Source: Octopus sinensis
Lineage: Eukaryota
Direction: 5' to 3'
NCBI RefSeq assembly: GCF_006345805.1
Contig: NC_043006.1
Span: forward strand, 4,216,001 to 4,280,000
Length of the DNA: 64,000 bases
Below the pieces are notes generated by a model. The model was not told the origin of the DNA, did no database searches, and saw nothing but the letters and a program-made list of their open reading frames with translations. Made by a program: the position numbers and the translations under genes. Below are positions 49,817 to 62,244 of this stretch, one piece after another (position 1 is the stretch's first letter; each line of letters starts with the position of its first letter).

Positions 49817-49873
<57 letters not shown>

Positions 49874-50117
49874 ACAGTGTTAGTGTGTGTTCGTAGACTA
49901 TTTTATCATGAGAGCTTACATGATAATAACCGATTGAGGCAGAGAATAAATAGGAAACACCGCTGCTAGACAGATAAATCTCAGTATGTGGTCCTGGCTC
50001 AAGACATTAGTGACAGTATAATATATTGACAGATTTATAATTAAACGAACATAGAAACAATTATATACAAAATAAAAAATATACTTGTTTATCTTTCCGT
50101 TGCCACGGAATACTTAC

Positions 50118-50293
50118 TGAGGTCGTAAAAGTGCTTTTACTTTTTCTTTCAGATTTGGGTTATCGATGAGGTCCAGCGGGGTCACATTCTCTCCATTTGG
50201 ATGGTGAAGGTTTGCGCCTAAATCGGATAGGTAACTAGCAACGACCCTGCTAGAGAGCCTATCCTTCTTCTTCAGGAAGAGCTTAAAGGATTA
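50118..50293 (-). pseudogene. Exon of the ANK/RING gene between ankyrin and RING (176 nt, phase 0-2); first codon is TAA unless the AAG acceptor 12 nt downstream is used
   Basis: tttgtAG / GTAAGT; *SFKLFLKKKDRLSSRVVASYLSDLGANLHHPNGENVTPLDLIDNPNLKEKVKALLRP (degenerate ankyrin repeat); bridges the phases of both neighbours. Confidence 0.8.
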
Positions 50294-50362
50294 CTACAAA
50301 TGAGAAAGTATATAACGATGAGTTCAAGGTTACACAAATATATCTTATAGATTAACAAAATA

Positions 50363-50600
50363 TTGGGTTGTCCGGAAAGTTCTTGCCGGTTTATAGTAGC
50401 TTAAATTCCTGACTTTAAGGGTATCACGAAAAGTGTGGTTGGAGTCCCAACCTTCTGAGTTCTTTTACAGGGATTAGAAAAATTGAAGGGCCACTGCAAT
50501 ATGCATGCGAGTCTGAGAATGGAATATGGTGAATAAAATCTTAACTGATCCACTTATATATCCTTTTACCCAAAGCCAAGAACTTTTCAGCCCTCCCCCC
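50363..50600 (+). mobile_element. Mariner 5' end fragment
   Basis: TA|TTGGGTTGTCCGGAAAGTTC TIR matching that at 52694. Confidence 0.7.
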
Positions 50601-50689
50601 TCGTATATATATATACTGTATATATATATATATATATATAATATATATATATATATCTGTATCTATATATATATATGTGTATATATATA

Positions 50690-50805
<116 letters not shown>

Positions 50806-50829
50806 TATATATATATATCTTAGAATAAC

Positions 50830-52510
50830 TTAGAAAGGTTTTGGCCACTATTGGCCCAGGCCATGTCTAACTTAATAGAACCACCTGGCGAAGTCTTTCA
50901 ATTCAGGATTTTAGCACCAAGGCCCATTCGAGCAGAGAGTTATTGTTTGCGGAGACCTATCCGGGTGTGAGTGGTTTGTCCGGAACTGTTTGAAGGAATT
51001 TGTCCAAAGACTTCTTGAATTTTGTGTGGTCAGTTTCTGTTTTGACGTGTCCTGGTGTAATGTTGAAGAGAGCGGGTCCAATTGAGGTGAAATAGTAGTG
51101 CCGTATTGTCGTTATGTGATGCGATTTAGATTTTGTTGTGGACGGATGGCACGTGGTCCAAGACTTGGATGTATTTTGAAGGTGATGCCAACATCTTTCG
51201 GACAGTGCTGATGGAATATTTTCCACATCATACCATGTCAACTTTGCTGCTTATATGTGTAGCCCAGCTTATGTTGTTGTCCACTGTTACTCCCATGTCT
51301 CTGATGTTGTTGGACGCCATGAGAATTTCTCCAGAAGGAAGCGAGTATGGGAGTTTCAGAGCGTCCTACCTTCCAAAGTGGATCAGTTCGAATTTGTCTT
51401 CGTTTAGCAGCATGTTATTCTTTTCCGCCCATTGGACAACAGCCAGTAGGTCTGACTGAAGGCTTATTCGGTCATCCACGCCATTGATGAACTTCTGGAG
51501 CTTGGAATCATCAGCGAAGGTTCTGATGTTACTGTGTTTGATGGTGTCAGTAATATCATTTATGTAGATGATGAAGAGGAGTGGGCCCAACACAGTGCCT
51601 TGTGGGACACCACTGCTGACTTTGGCTGGGCTGGATTTGACTCCTTCGACTACAACATGTTGGGTTCTGTTAGACAGGAAGCACTTGATCCACTGCAGCA
51701 GCTTTCCAGTGACACCAATATTGGACAGCTTTCTCAGAAGGATCTTATGATCAACCCTGTCAAAGGCCTTGCTGAAATCAAGGTAGATGACATCAGTGTT
51801 GGAACCCTCTCCCAAGGCTCTCAAAATGTCATCAAAATGATGCAGTAGCTGCGTCAGGCAATCTCTCCCATTACGGAATCCATGCTGGTTGGAGTTCAGC
51901 ATATTATGACTCTCAAAGAAGTGAGTCATACGCGATCTCAGCACTCTCTCAAATACCTTAATGATATGAGAGGTGAGTGAGATTGGACGGTAATTCACGG
52001 CAAGCGATTTGTTTCCTTTTTTGAAAACTGGGACAACAGTCTGGGATAGAAGGTCTTTTAGTATATATCCAGCATCCAGTGAGTTCCGCCACAGATTGGC
52101 TAGAGGGAGTGCAAGTTGGTTTTGACACATCTTCAGGACACAAGCAGGGAACCTATCGGGACCTACTGCTGAATTATGCTTCATTTCCTTTATTGCTGCT
52201 AAGACATCAGGAGCGCCAAAGGTTATGTCCGATAAAGTGTATTGGGGAGTAACATCACTGATACAGCCCAGATCAGTCATATCAGGATTGCTGAAAACAG
52301 AGCAATATTGTTTCTGCAATATCTCTCCCATGGTTTTGGCATTGTCTTGAAGAGTACCATTTTCATCAATCAGAGGGCCAACAGTAGAACCAGTGACTCT
52401 GTGTTTTTTTGCAAATGAAAAGAACACTTTGGGATTGAGTTTGATCTTCTCAATGGCCCAGGCCTCTTCAGCTCTTCGCTGACTATTGATGATACACATC
52501 ATGTTGTTTT
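50830..52510 (-). mobile_element. CR1/L2-group LINE (second family), 5'-truncated and frameshifted, between (TA)n tracts
   Basis: SAVGPD, YRPISLTS, QHGFRNGR, YLDFSKAFD, GVPQGTVLGP, FADD; C-terminus continues in the frame of ORF 50957-51241. Confidence 0.93.
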
Positions 52511-52597
52511 GGAGTTTATGTTTTTTTTTGTACAGATATATGTACAGATATATATATATATATCTGTACATATATGTATATATATATGTCTGTGTAC

Positions 52598-52692
<95 letters not shown>

Positions 52693-52693
52693 A

Positions 52694-53258
52694 TTGGGTT
52701 GTCCGGAAAGTTCGTGCCGATTAATAGTAGCTTACCTTTCGACTTATTTTCGAACATGGTTGAGTTCATAAAATAAGATTTGACTACACCTCCATTTAGA
52801 GCAAAGTTTAAGCTATCTTTTCGTGGAAGAAGGTTTATGTTCCTATAAACTGTGTTAATTCTCTAACGCTTTAAAATGGAAGATAAGAAAGTTCATTTTC
52901 GGCACTTGATGCTTTGGGAACCAGACAAAAATTCCTGCAGCTTTGCTGGGATATGTTACCCCATCCTCCATATTCACCAGATATTGCTCCTTCGGATTTC
53001 CACTTATTCAGGTTTCTGCAGAATAGTCTTAATGGTAAAAGTTTCAATTCCTTGGATGACGTTAAAAGATACCTTGATGAATTCTCTGCCATGAAACCAC
53101 CTCAATTCTGGGAAGTGGGTATTTTCAAGTTAAAGGAAAGATGGAGACGCATTGTGCAACAAAATAGTTCATATTTGGTTGATTAAAATGTTATGGCAAG
53201 TATTTATTGACCTTTTTCTTTCCTTTAAAAATCGGCATGAACTTTCCGGACAACCCAA
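52694..53258 (+). mobile_element. Internally deleted mariner element
   Basis: TA TSD on both sides, TIRs TTGGGTTGTCCGGAAAGTTC / GAACTTTCCGGACAACCCAA, HPPYSPDIAPSDFHLF motif. Confidence 0.93.
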
Positions 53259-54062
53259 TATTTTCATATCAAATATAGGAAATATAATGGAACAAATATC
53301 AATGCTAAAATATCAAACACAACAAAACGACAAGAACCTATCTGTACAAATGGTTTGGTAAAACCAACCAAGCGGCCACACCAAGAATTTGCTTATTGAT
53401 GAGTATTATCTATAATATAAATTGGACATGGGCGATCGTTGTATTCTTTCTTGTCTTGAGATTCACAGCCAAACGGCTGGGTGGATTTGTGTGAAAAATG
53501 GCACACATGTGGGGATGAGTGCATAGATTGGAATGCAGTTTGTATTTTTTTGCTAGCCCCCATACATTTCCCTCTTTCTTCCGCCATTAAAACAACCAGT
53601 TACTTAGAAGCTGTTTTCTGACGGGATGAAAGCAGGAAATTTTCATACAACTTGAGGCTCCAATCAAAACAGGGGACCCGAAATGATAAGGTTGAGAAAT
53701 GCTGTTATAGATTATGCTTAACCGAAAACGATCATAGCCACAACATCCAAAAAGACCGGGTGAAACCGGGCTTAGCTGCTAGTATATATATAAACACTTG
53801 ACAAAAGTAATGAAAGATTAGAAAAGAGAACGCCAACAACGTAGTAATTTCTTCAGACCTCGGTCGAACCGTCCAACCCATGCTAGCATGGAAAACGGAT
53901 GTTGAATGATAATGATGATGATGAGGATACATAATATAACTACATAATATGACTGGGGTTATCAGTGGGATTGGATCGTGAAATTGTATTGGGGGATGGG
54001 ATTATAGGCGGAATGGATACATGACAAGCAACGTCAGTTTCTCTCTCTCTCACACACTCACA

Positions 54063-54368
54063 CAGTGGAGGCATATGGCCTAGTGGTTACAGCAGCGGAC
54101 TCGCGGTCCAGGGATCGCGGGTTCGAATCTCAGACCGGGTGATATGTGTGTTTATGAGCGAAACACCTAAGCTCCACGCGGCTCTGGCAGAAGATAATGG
54201 CGAACTTCTGCTGACTCTTTGGCCACAACTTTCTCTCACACTTTCCTCCTGCATCTTGCAACTCACCTGCGACGGACCGGTGCCCCGTTCAGGTGGGGAA
54301 CCTATACGCCAAGGAAACCGGGAAATCGGCCCTTATGAGCCAGGCATGGCTTGAGAAAGAACAAAAAC
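54063..54368 (+). mobile_element. tRNA-derived SINE family C
   Basis: A box TGGCCTAGTGG, B box GGTTCGAATC, A/CA-rich tail. Confidence 0.8.
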
Positions 54369-54429
54369 ACACACACACATACATATACAAATTCACATAT
54401 ATTTATTCACAAAGAATTTAGCAACTTAC

Positions 54430-54639
54430 CTTATCTAAAACACCCATGTTCTCCACCTCAGAATGAAATAGGTCTCTTTTCAAAGCCAAGTGAAGGCAGT
54501 TATTGCCTTCATTGTTGACAGCATTTATTTTTGCACCCTTGTCTATCAACGTGAACAACATTCCGAGGTGACCCAGGGAGACGGCTTCAAGCAACGGTGT
54601 CATACTAATATGGTTCTCGCTCTCCAGTTTCACCGAATC
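54430..54639 (-). CDS. Ankyrin-repeat exon of a Mind-bomb-like E3 ligase (210 nt, phase 0-0)
   Basis: tttttatgaAG / GTAAGT; TPLLEAVSLGHLGMLFTLIDKGAKINAVNNEGNNCLHLAL. Confidence 0.9.
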
Positions 54640-54995
54640 CTTCATAAAAATAGAAACTGAAAATTTACATGAAAATCCGTGTGGGTACCAATACCGGGTT
54701 ATTATTTTCTATTGAATAACTGATCAAACTGGTCATGATTTTCAGCGAAATCAACTTTCCATAAGTTCCCCCAACAACAGAATCGAACTGTCATTTGCTT
54801 CCACGGAAACACCCGAAGTAAAATGTTTCGATTTTGTCGAGTTATATCGAAAGAGCAAGTTGTTTTACACCTATTACACTATTTTTCTTTTGTTTCTTGG
54901 CTCTGGTGAGGCGACTCGAAGCATTCACGATGTGAATTTTCCGAGGCCTCTCACCAACCCTCCTTCCGCGAGCGCGCGTTTTTTTTCTATATAGG

Positions 54996-55132
54996 TGCAG
55001 GAGTGGCTGTGTAGTAAGTAGCTTGCTTACCAACCACATGGTTCCGGATTCAGTCCCACTGCGTGGCACCTTGGGCAAGTGTCATGTACTATAGCCTTGG
55101 GCCGACCAAAGCCTTGTGAGTGGATTTGGTAA
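54996..55132 (+). mobile_element. SINE family A, 3'-truncated
   Basis: GGAGTGGCTGTGTAGTAAGTAGCTTGCTTACCAACC head. Confidence 0.85.
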
Positions 55133-55139
55133 TTCCTCT

Positions 55140-55465
55140 CTTATAGATAGCGCATATTATCCCTTCCTTCAGTTTGACCTAGCAGCTTACTACTTGCGCG
55201 GAAGCTCCGAAAGAGAAGTTGCAGTGATTTTGCAAGGGCTTGCTTGCACGATTTCAGAAGGAAGGCTGGAAATCCATCAGGGCCAGCCGCTGAGTTTGTG
55301 TCGGCCTCATCTATGGCCAGTGTTACAGCTTCTTCTATGTTTATGTACTCATTTTTTGCTTCTATGGTTACAGGTAAAGTGACAAATAATTCTGCTGGTT
55401 TGTTCACTTGCCTGTGTCCCAGAGGTGGACTGAACAAACTCTGCAACTGTTTGTTCAGTATTTCA

Positions 55466-55470
<5 letters not shown>
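55140..55470 (-). mobile_element. LINE ORF2 fragment
   Basis: EILNKQLQSLFS...NSAAGPDGFPAFLLKSCKQALAKSLQLLF, related to the 50830-52510 element. Confidence 0.8.
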
Positions 55471-55518
<48 letters not shown>

Positions 55519-55611
55519 ATGTATATATTATAAAATACCCTGTCTGTCTGTGCGTCCTCAATACACGCTCAAACCTATTGATTAACCTGTACTATACTTG
55601 GGGTACATAAA

Positions 55612-56009
55612 TAGGCGTAGGACTGACCGTGTGGTAAGTAGCTTGCCTACCAACCACATGGTTCTGGGTTCAGTCCCACTGCGTAGCACCTTGGGCAAGT
55701 GTCTTCTACTATAGCCTCGAGCCGACCGAAGCCTTGTGGGTGGATTTGGTAGACGGAAACTAAAAGAAGCCCGTTGAATATATGTATATATGTATATATG
55801 TATGTTTGCGTGTCTGTGTTTGTCCCCTCCCCAACCTCGCTTGATAACCGATGCTGGTGTGTTTACGTCCCCGTAACGTAGCGGTTCGGCAAAAGAGACC
55901 GATAGAATAAGTACTAGGCTTACAAAGAATAAGTCCTGCGATCGATTTGCTCGATTAACGGCGGTGCTCCAGCATGGCCACAGTCACATGACTGAAACAA
56001 GTAAAAGAG

Positions 56010-56010
<1 letters not shown>
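55612..56010 (+). mobile_element. SINE family A, full length
   Basis: tRNA-like head, central TA/TG tract, 3' GGCGGTGCTCCAGCATGGCCACAGTC..GAAACAAGTAAAAG. Confidence 0.9.
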
Positions 56011-56049
<39 letters not shown>

Positions 56050-56071
56050 AGAGAGAGAGACAGAGAGAGAC

Positions 56072-56124
<53 letters not shown>

Positions 56125-56814
56125 TAGGTATATAAAATACCCTGTCTGTGAGTGTGTTCTCAATGCACGCTCAAGTCTCTGGATTAATCTATACCATAGT
56201 TGGGGTACATAAAAAATTTGACCTTGGAAAGAAAAATACGGTCTTGATTTTTCTTTCTTTCTTTTTTTTTAGTAAAAATAAATAATATTGCTTTATATGT
56301 AAAAATTCATTTCTTCAAACCGTTTTCTGAACTTCTCGTCTTTGATGTCCTGATGTAGTGACTAAGTTTGAACTTTCTGTATTTGGCGTCCTAACCAGCT
56401 ATTTGCACACACATGTATGTATATATCATTGCAGTTGTGACGATTTCTGATAAATAATTTTAAAAAGTACTTTCATGAGAGAAAAAAAATTTCATACGGT
56501 GATAGACGCCTTTTTCTTGATTTTCCAATATTTATTTCGGACATTCTTGGAACAAGTCGCCTTATTAACACTTGATATTTAGTTGTGACGATTTCAGACA
56601 AAAGGAATTTCTAAAGGTACTTTCATACAGTTTGCTCAGTGTCGCCCTCTCTCGGGAATCTCAGACATCGATGTTTCAAGATTTTTGACTCTTGCCAATG
56701 AGAGGCAACTCTGAATGAACGGAATAAAGCTTACATTCTATGAATATTCCCCCCACTCCTACACTTTTCTATTTTTTCCCGAAATTTCACGAAAACGGTT
56801 AAGGGTTATATATT

Positions 56815-57250
56815 TCTTTATTGCCCACAAGGGGCTAAACATAGAGGGAACAAACAAGAATAGACAAAGGGATTAAGTCGATTATATCGACCCCAGAGCG
56901 ATATCGACCCCAGAGCGATATCGACCCCAGAGCGTAACTGGTACTATATTTATCGACCTCGAAAGGATGAAAGGCAAAGTCGACCTCGGTGGAATTTCAA
57001 CTCAGAACGTAACGGCAGACGAAATACTTATTTCTTTACTACCCACAAGGGGCTAAACACAGAGGAGACAAACAAGGACAGACAAAGGGATTCAGTCAAT
57101 TATATCGACCCCAGTGCGTAACTGGTACTTAATTTATCGACCCCGAAAGGATGAAAGGCAAAGTGGACCTCAGAACGTAGCAGCAGACGAAATACTGAAA
57201 TACTGCTAAGCATTTCGCCCGGCATGCTAACGTTTCTGCCAGCTCGCCGG
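56815..57250 (-). mobile_element. SINE family B, tandem copies
   Basis: Same family as 47085; internal triplication of ATATCGACCCCAGAGCG. Confidence 0.87.
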
Positions 57251-58882
57251 TTAAGGGTTATATACGGATGCATAGACGCACAAAATGCAGAAAAGGAAAC
57301 AAATATGGACAGCTTGTTCCGAAACACTCCCGAGTGGGGTACAGTTCTCAAAAATAACCCCGTAAAAATACTATATGCTCGGAATCTATATAGTCCGAGG
57401 TATATTTGTACCCAATTTTATTTTAAAATATACATTTCCCTGAAAGTTGAGACGAATTGAAGTGGACTCCGGTGAATTTTCCGAATGTCCTCCCCCACCT
57501 CCTCCTAAAACACTCTCCCCTCAAAAAAATTTCGTATATTCGGAATATAAATGATATAACACGTATTCGTAGAATATTGCATTAAAAAATATCCATTTCT
57601 CTGAAAGTTATGATCATCCAAATTCGGTGAGGGTGGAGGCGCAGAAATCTAATAAACGAGTCTCAAGGACAGTCTCTCAAGGTTGTTGGACTTTTCCTTG
57701 CTTCTCCTGGCTTCTTTCATGGACAATTATATGTAGGATGTTCGCGAGTTGGAAGTCCCCAAAATCTTTTTATTTAAACACCAATTAAAGGACACACTCA
57801 AAATATCGCATATTTAGAAACTCTAGATAATTAAACTGTGATTGATTTTCGGGTTTGTTTCAATACATTTGTTTATACTGACGTCATCTGATAGAATTTT
57901 TGTTAAATGTACTTATTAACAGGAAGGGAGCACCTGCAGTCCGGTTCGTCTCAAATTTATGCATTTTTCAGGTACAACGTGTTTCTAATAAGTACTGACA
58001 ACTGAAAGTGGTTGCAACGACAAAGAACTACCTGGGTTATTTTTTTTTTACAATTTTAACAGTGAGAACATCGAGCAGAATATGTTATTGACAATAATAG
58101 TTTGTACCTCAGCTAATTAATGTTCAGAACTGCATAATCCATGACTCATTTTACTTAGAGATTTAAAAGGCATACTTAAATTAAATTATTTTCAATAACC
58201 TGGGAAACACCGGATTATTAACGTATAAAGTTGGTATCGCAGCTACTAGGAGATAAGACCTGCGTAGTTTACGTTTCATGTTAGAGATCGCAAAGGCATT
58301 TTTGAATTTCGTTATTTTCTTTAACCCGGGCAACACCGAGTATTTCTGCTAGTATATATCACAATTTAAGTTAGTTGAAATATGTTTGTCACATATTTCC
58401 ACTGCTAAAGGGCGTTACCGTGGAGAAAAAATGTCTCTTATGGTAAAAAGGTGTGAAGACATCCAGTTCGCTCAGTGTCGCCCTCTCTCGGGAATCTCAG
58501 ACATCGATGTTTCGAATTTTTTGACTTGTCAATGAGATGTACCTAAGTGAGGCAACTCTGAACGAACTGAATAAAGCTTATAGCTTTATATATAATTCAG
58601 CCAATCGTTGACCGTTTTGCGCTAATAGGTCGCCCTCGCCCGATCGACAAAAATATCGCAAGAATGGCACAAAGTAACGTTTACGTATAATCACAATTTC
58701 GGTTAGTTGAAATATATTTGTTATGTATTTCAATATCTAAAGGCAAATACACTGCAATTACGGTGGAGAAAAATCTGGGTTTTTCACACCTTTTTACCAT
58801 AGGAGAGATTTTTTTCTCCACTGCGATATATTTGCCTTTAGCAGTTTAAATACGTGACAAACATATTTCAAATAGCCTAAAT

Positions 58883-59276
58883 AGGCGTAGGAGTGGCTGT
58901 GTGGTAAGTAGCTTGCTTACCAACCACATGGTTCCGGGTTCAGTCCCACTGCGTGGCACCTTGGGCAAGTATCTTCTATTAGAGCCGATCAAAGCCTTGT
59001 GAGTGGATTTGGTAGGCGGAAATTGAAAGAAGCTCGTCGTATATATGTATATGTATATATGTGTGAGTGTGTGTGTTTGTATGTCTGTATTTGTCCCCCC
59101 AACATCGCTTGACAACCGATACTGGTGTGTTTACGTCCCCGTAACGTAGCGGTTCGGCAAAAGAAAGCGATAGAATAAGTACTAGGCTTACAAAGAATAA
59201 GTCCTGGGGTCGATTTAGTCGACTAAAGGCGGTGCTCCAGCATAGCCACAGTCAAATGACTGAAACAAGTAAAGCG
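58883..59276 (+). mobile_element. SINE family A, full length
   Basis: GGCGTAGGAGTGGCTGTGTGGTAAG..GGTTCAGTCCC head; matches 55612. Confidence 0.9.
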
Positions 59277-59346
<70 letters not shown>

Positions 59347-60439
59347 TATAACAAGAAATAATTTTTGTTTCTTTTTATATGGAGACAAAAGAGTTTATAA
59401 GACTGCAAAAAAGAAGTGCTCAAATGTAATTGAGACAGAGATTTAATAAAACTAATCAGACAACCAACATCAAATTTGAGTAAATGACTTTATATATAAC
59501 ACCAAGCCTCCAAAAACAATTGATCATATATAAATATTACTATGGCTCTTAAACATATAAAGTATGAAAAGATTGCAAAACGCAACGAAAATTTTAGGAA
59601 AATAAAAATAAGAAAAAAACGGAAATTTTACCGGTGAGTGTGTTACATTACAATACACCAAAAGAAAATGACTTTCCCCAGACACAACAGAATATAAAGT
59701 ATGCATATATATAAAACACAGGTAAAAAATATGCGAATAAAAACAGATACATAGAAAGGCCTATCAAGAAAGTATATACAATCGACTAAAAATTCTAAAG
59801 CGTGCCATGCGACTAAACATCTAAATAAAATAAAATATCAATCAAGTAAATAAATTTTCGTACTCTCCTCAAACAAAAGAGTACGTCAAAAAAGTTTGTT
59901 TCATAAAGCCCATGGTAGGTTGGAGTCCAGGAGCAAAAAGAGTTCCACAAAATCATGCCAAACACATCAATGGCCATTTCGGGAGTTCACTGACGCGGTT
60001 CGATTTTGGCAATGACCCCTTCATCAGGATGAACAAGAATCTCAGCAAAGTGTTCGTTCAACGCCACCTGGCTAATTAAAAGATAATAATCTGTCGCAGG
60101 ACCAGTCCAAATTTTCTGACACACTCAGAAAAACTTATTTCTTGCTAAACATGCAGGTGGCTGATAATAATAGGAATTGTTACTATCCGGTTTCAAATCA
60201 CCGTAACGCTAAATATTATTCACCACATCAAATTTTATTCCTAAATACTTTCAAAAAAACGTAGAAGAAAACTTATGGTTGCGCAAAGGGATCATCTCTG
60301 TAAATTTATTTAATGTTTTAGGCCCAAAAGATTTTAGGGGGCAAGAGATTCCGTTACACACAATTTACACTTGTTAATATTATCTCTGAAATAAGGAGTC
60401 CTCGATATAACAGAACATTCAAGAGAATAAATTTTTTAT

Positions 60440-61052
60440 TCCTCTTTAAACCATGTATATAAGAAGCAATAAATAAAGAAAGAAAGAATGAAATGATTTT
60501 GTGAGGGAGGAAGTGAGATTGGGAGAGAGAGAGAGTGAAAAGGAGAGAAAGAAAGACAGAGAGAAATAAAGAAAGGAAGAAAGAATGAAATCAAAAAGGG
60601 AAGGAAAGAGAAACAAAGAAGAAAAGAAAGAAGGGAGGGGGGAAGGAAAACAAACAACGTGATTCTGTAATAAAGCATGACATAAGAGAGAATGGGAAGG
60701 AGAATGATAGGAAGGAAGGAAGGAAGGAAGGAAGGAAGGAAAAGAAAGAAAAAAGACAGAAATAAAAAGAAGGAAAGAAAGAAAGAAAAAACAGAAAGAA
60801 AGAAGAAAAGAAGGAAGGAAGGAAAGAAAGAAAGAAGGAAAGAAAGAAAAAAGAAAGAGAGAAAGAAAGGAAGACGAGAATGAATGACAGAAAGAAAGAA
60901 GAAACAAATAAAGAAGAAAATAAGAAAAGAAAGAAAGCAGAATGAAAGTAAGAAAGGTAGGTAAAAAGAATGAAAGAAGGAAAGAAGGAAGGAAGAAAGA
61001 AAGAAAGGAAGGAAGGAAGAAAGAAAGAAAAGAATGAATGACAGAAAGAAAA

Positions 61053-61086
<34 letters not shown>

Positions 61087-62084
61087 GGAAGGAAAGAAAG
61101 AAAGAAATAAGGAAAGAAAGAATGAAAAGAATGAATGACAGAAAGAAGAAACAAACAAACAAAGAAGGAAATAAGAAAAGAAAGAAGGAATTAAGGAAGA
61201 AGGAAGAAAGAAAGAAAGAAGGAAGGAAAGAAAGAAAGAAAGAAAGAAAGAAGGAAAGAAAGAAAAAGAAGGAAAGAAAGAAAAAGAAGGAAAGAAAGAA
61301 AGAAAGAAATAAGGAAAGAAAGAAAGGAAAGAATGAATGACAGAAAGAAAACAAACAAACAAACAAACAAACAAACAAACAACGAAGGAAAGAAAGAAAA
61401 GGAAAAAATGAATGACAGAAAGAAAGAAGAAACAAACAAAGAAAAAAATTAGAAAAGAACGAAAATAGAATGAAAGTAAGAAATGTAGGTAGAAAGAAGG
61501 AAGGAAGAAAGGAAGGAAGGAAAGAAGGAAGAAAGAAAGAAAGAAAGAAAGAAGGAAAGAAAGAAAGAAAGAAGGAAAAAAGGAAAGAAAAAGAAGGAAA
61601 GAAAGAAAGGAAGAAAGAAAGAAAGAAATAAGGAAAGAAAGAAAGAAAAGAATAGAATGAATGACATAAAGAAAGAAGAAACAAACAAAGAAGAAAATTA
61701 GAAAAGAACGAAAATAGAATGAATTAAGAAATGTAGTAGAAGAGGAAGGAAGAAAGAAGGAAGGAAAGAAGGAAGAAAAAAGAAGAAAGAAAGAAGGAAA
61801 GAAAGAAAGAAAGAAGGAAAAAAGGAAAGAAAAAGAAGGAAAGAAAGAAAGGAAGAAAGAAAGAAAGAAATAAGGAAAGAAAGAAAGAAAAGAATAGAAT
61901 GAATGACATAAAGAAAGAAGAAACAAACAAAGAAGAAAATTAGAAAAGAACGAAAATAGAATGAAATTAAGAAAGGTAGGTAGAAAGAAGGAATAAGGAA
62001 GGAAGCATGGAAGGACGGAAGAAAGAACGAAAGAAAGAAAGAAGGAAATAAGAAAGAAAGAAAGAGAGAAAGAAAGAAGGAAAT

Positions 62085-62120
<36 letters not shown>

Positions 62121-62225
62121 AAATAATGAAAGAGAAACAAAGATAGGAAGAAAAAAGAAAATGAAGAATGAAATAAAGAATTTAAAAGATAAGGAAGGAA
62201 ATAAAGAAAAAAGAAGAAAGAAAGA
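60440..62225 (+). repeat. Polypurine low-complexity tract (GAAA)n/(GGAA)n
   Basis: Direct inspection; opposite orientation to 3140-6890. Confidence 0.95.
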
Positions 62226-62244
62226 ATGTATGAATCATATATAT

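Larger units (their letters stand above)
48490..49826. mobile_element. Hammerhead-bearing element 4 (506-bp unit; ~1.4 units antisense joined to ~1.2 units sense)
   Basis: 48490 recurs at ~48996; sequence from ~49221 is the reverse complement of the left arm; (TA)n on both sides. Confidence 0.88.

Noticed and set aside
54063-54140. tRNA-like sequence (also the heads of the other SINEs)
   Set aside because: No complete acceptor stem; continues into a SINE body, so not a tRNA gene
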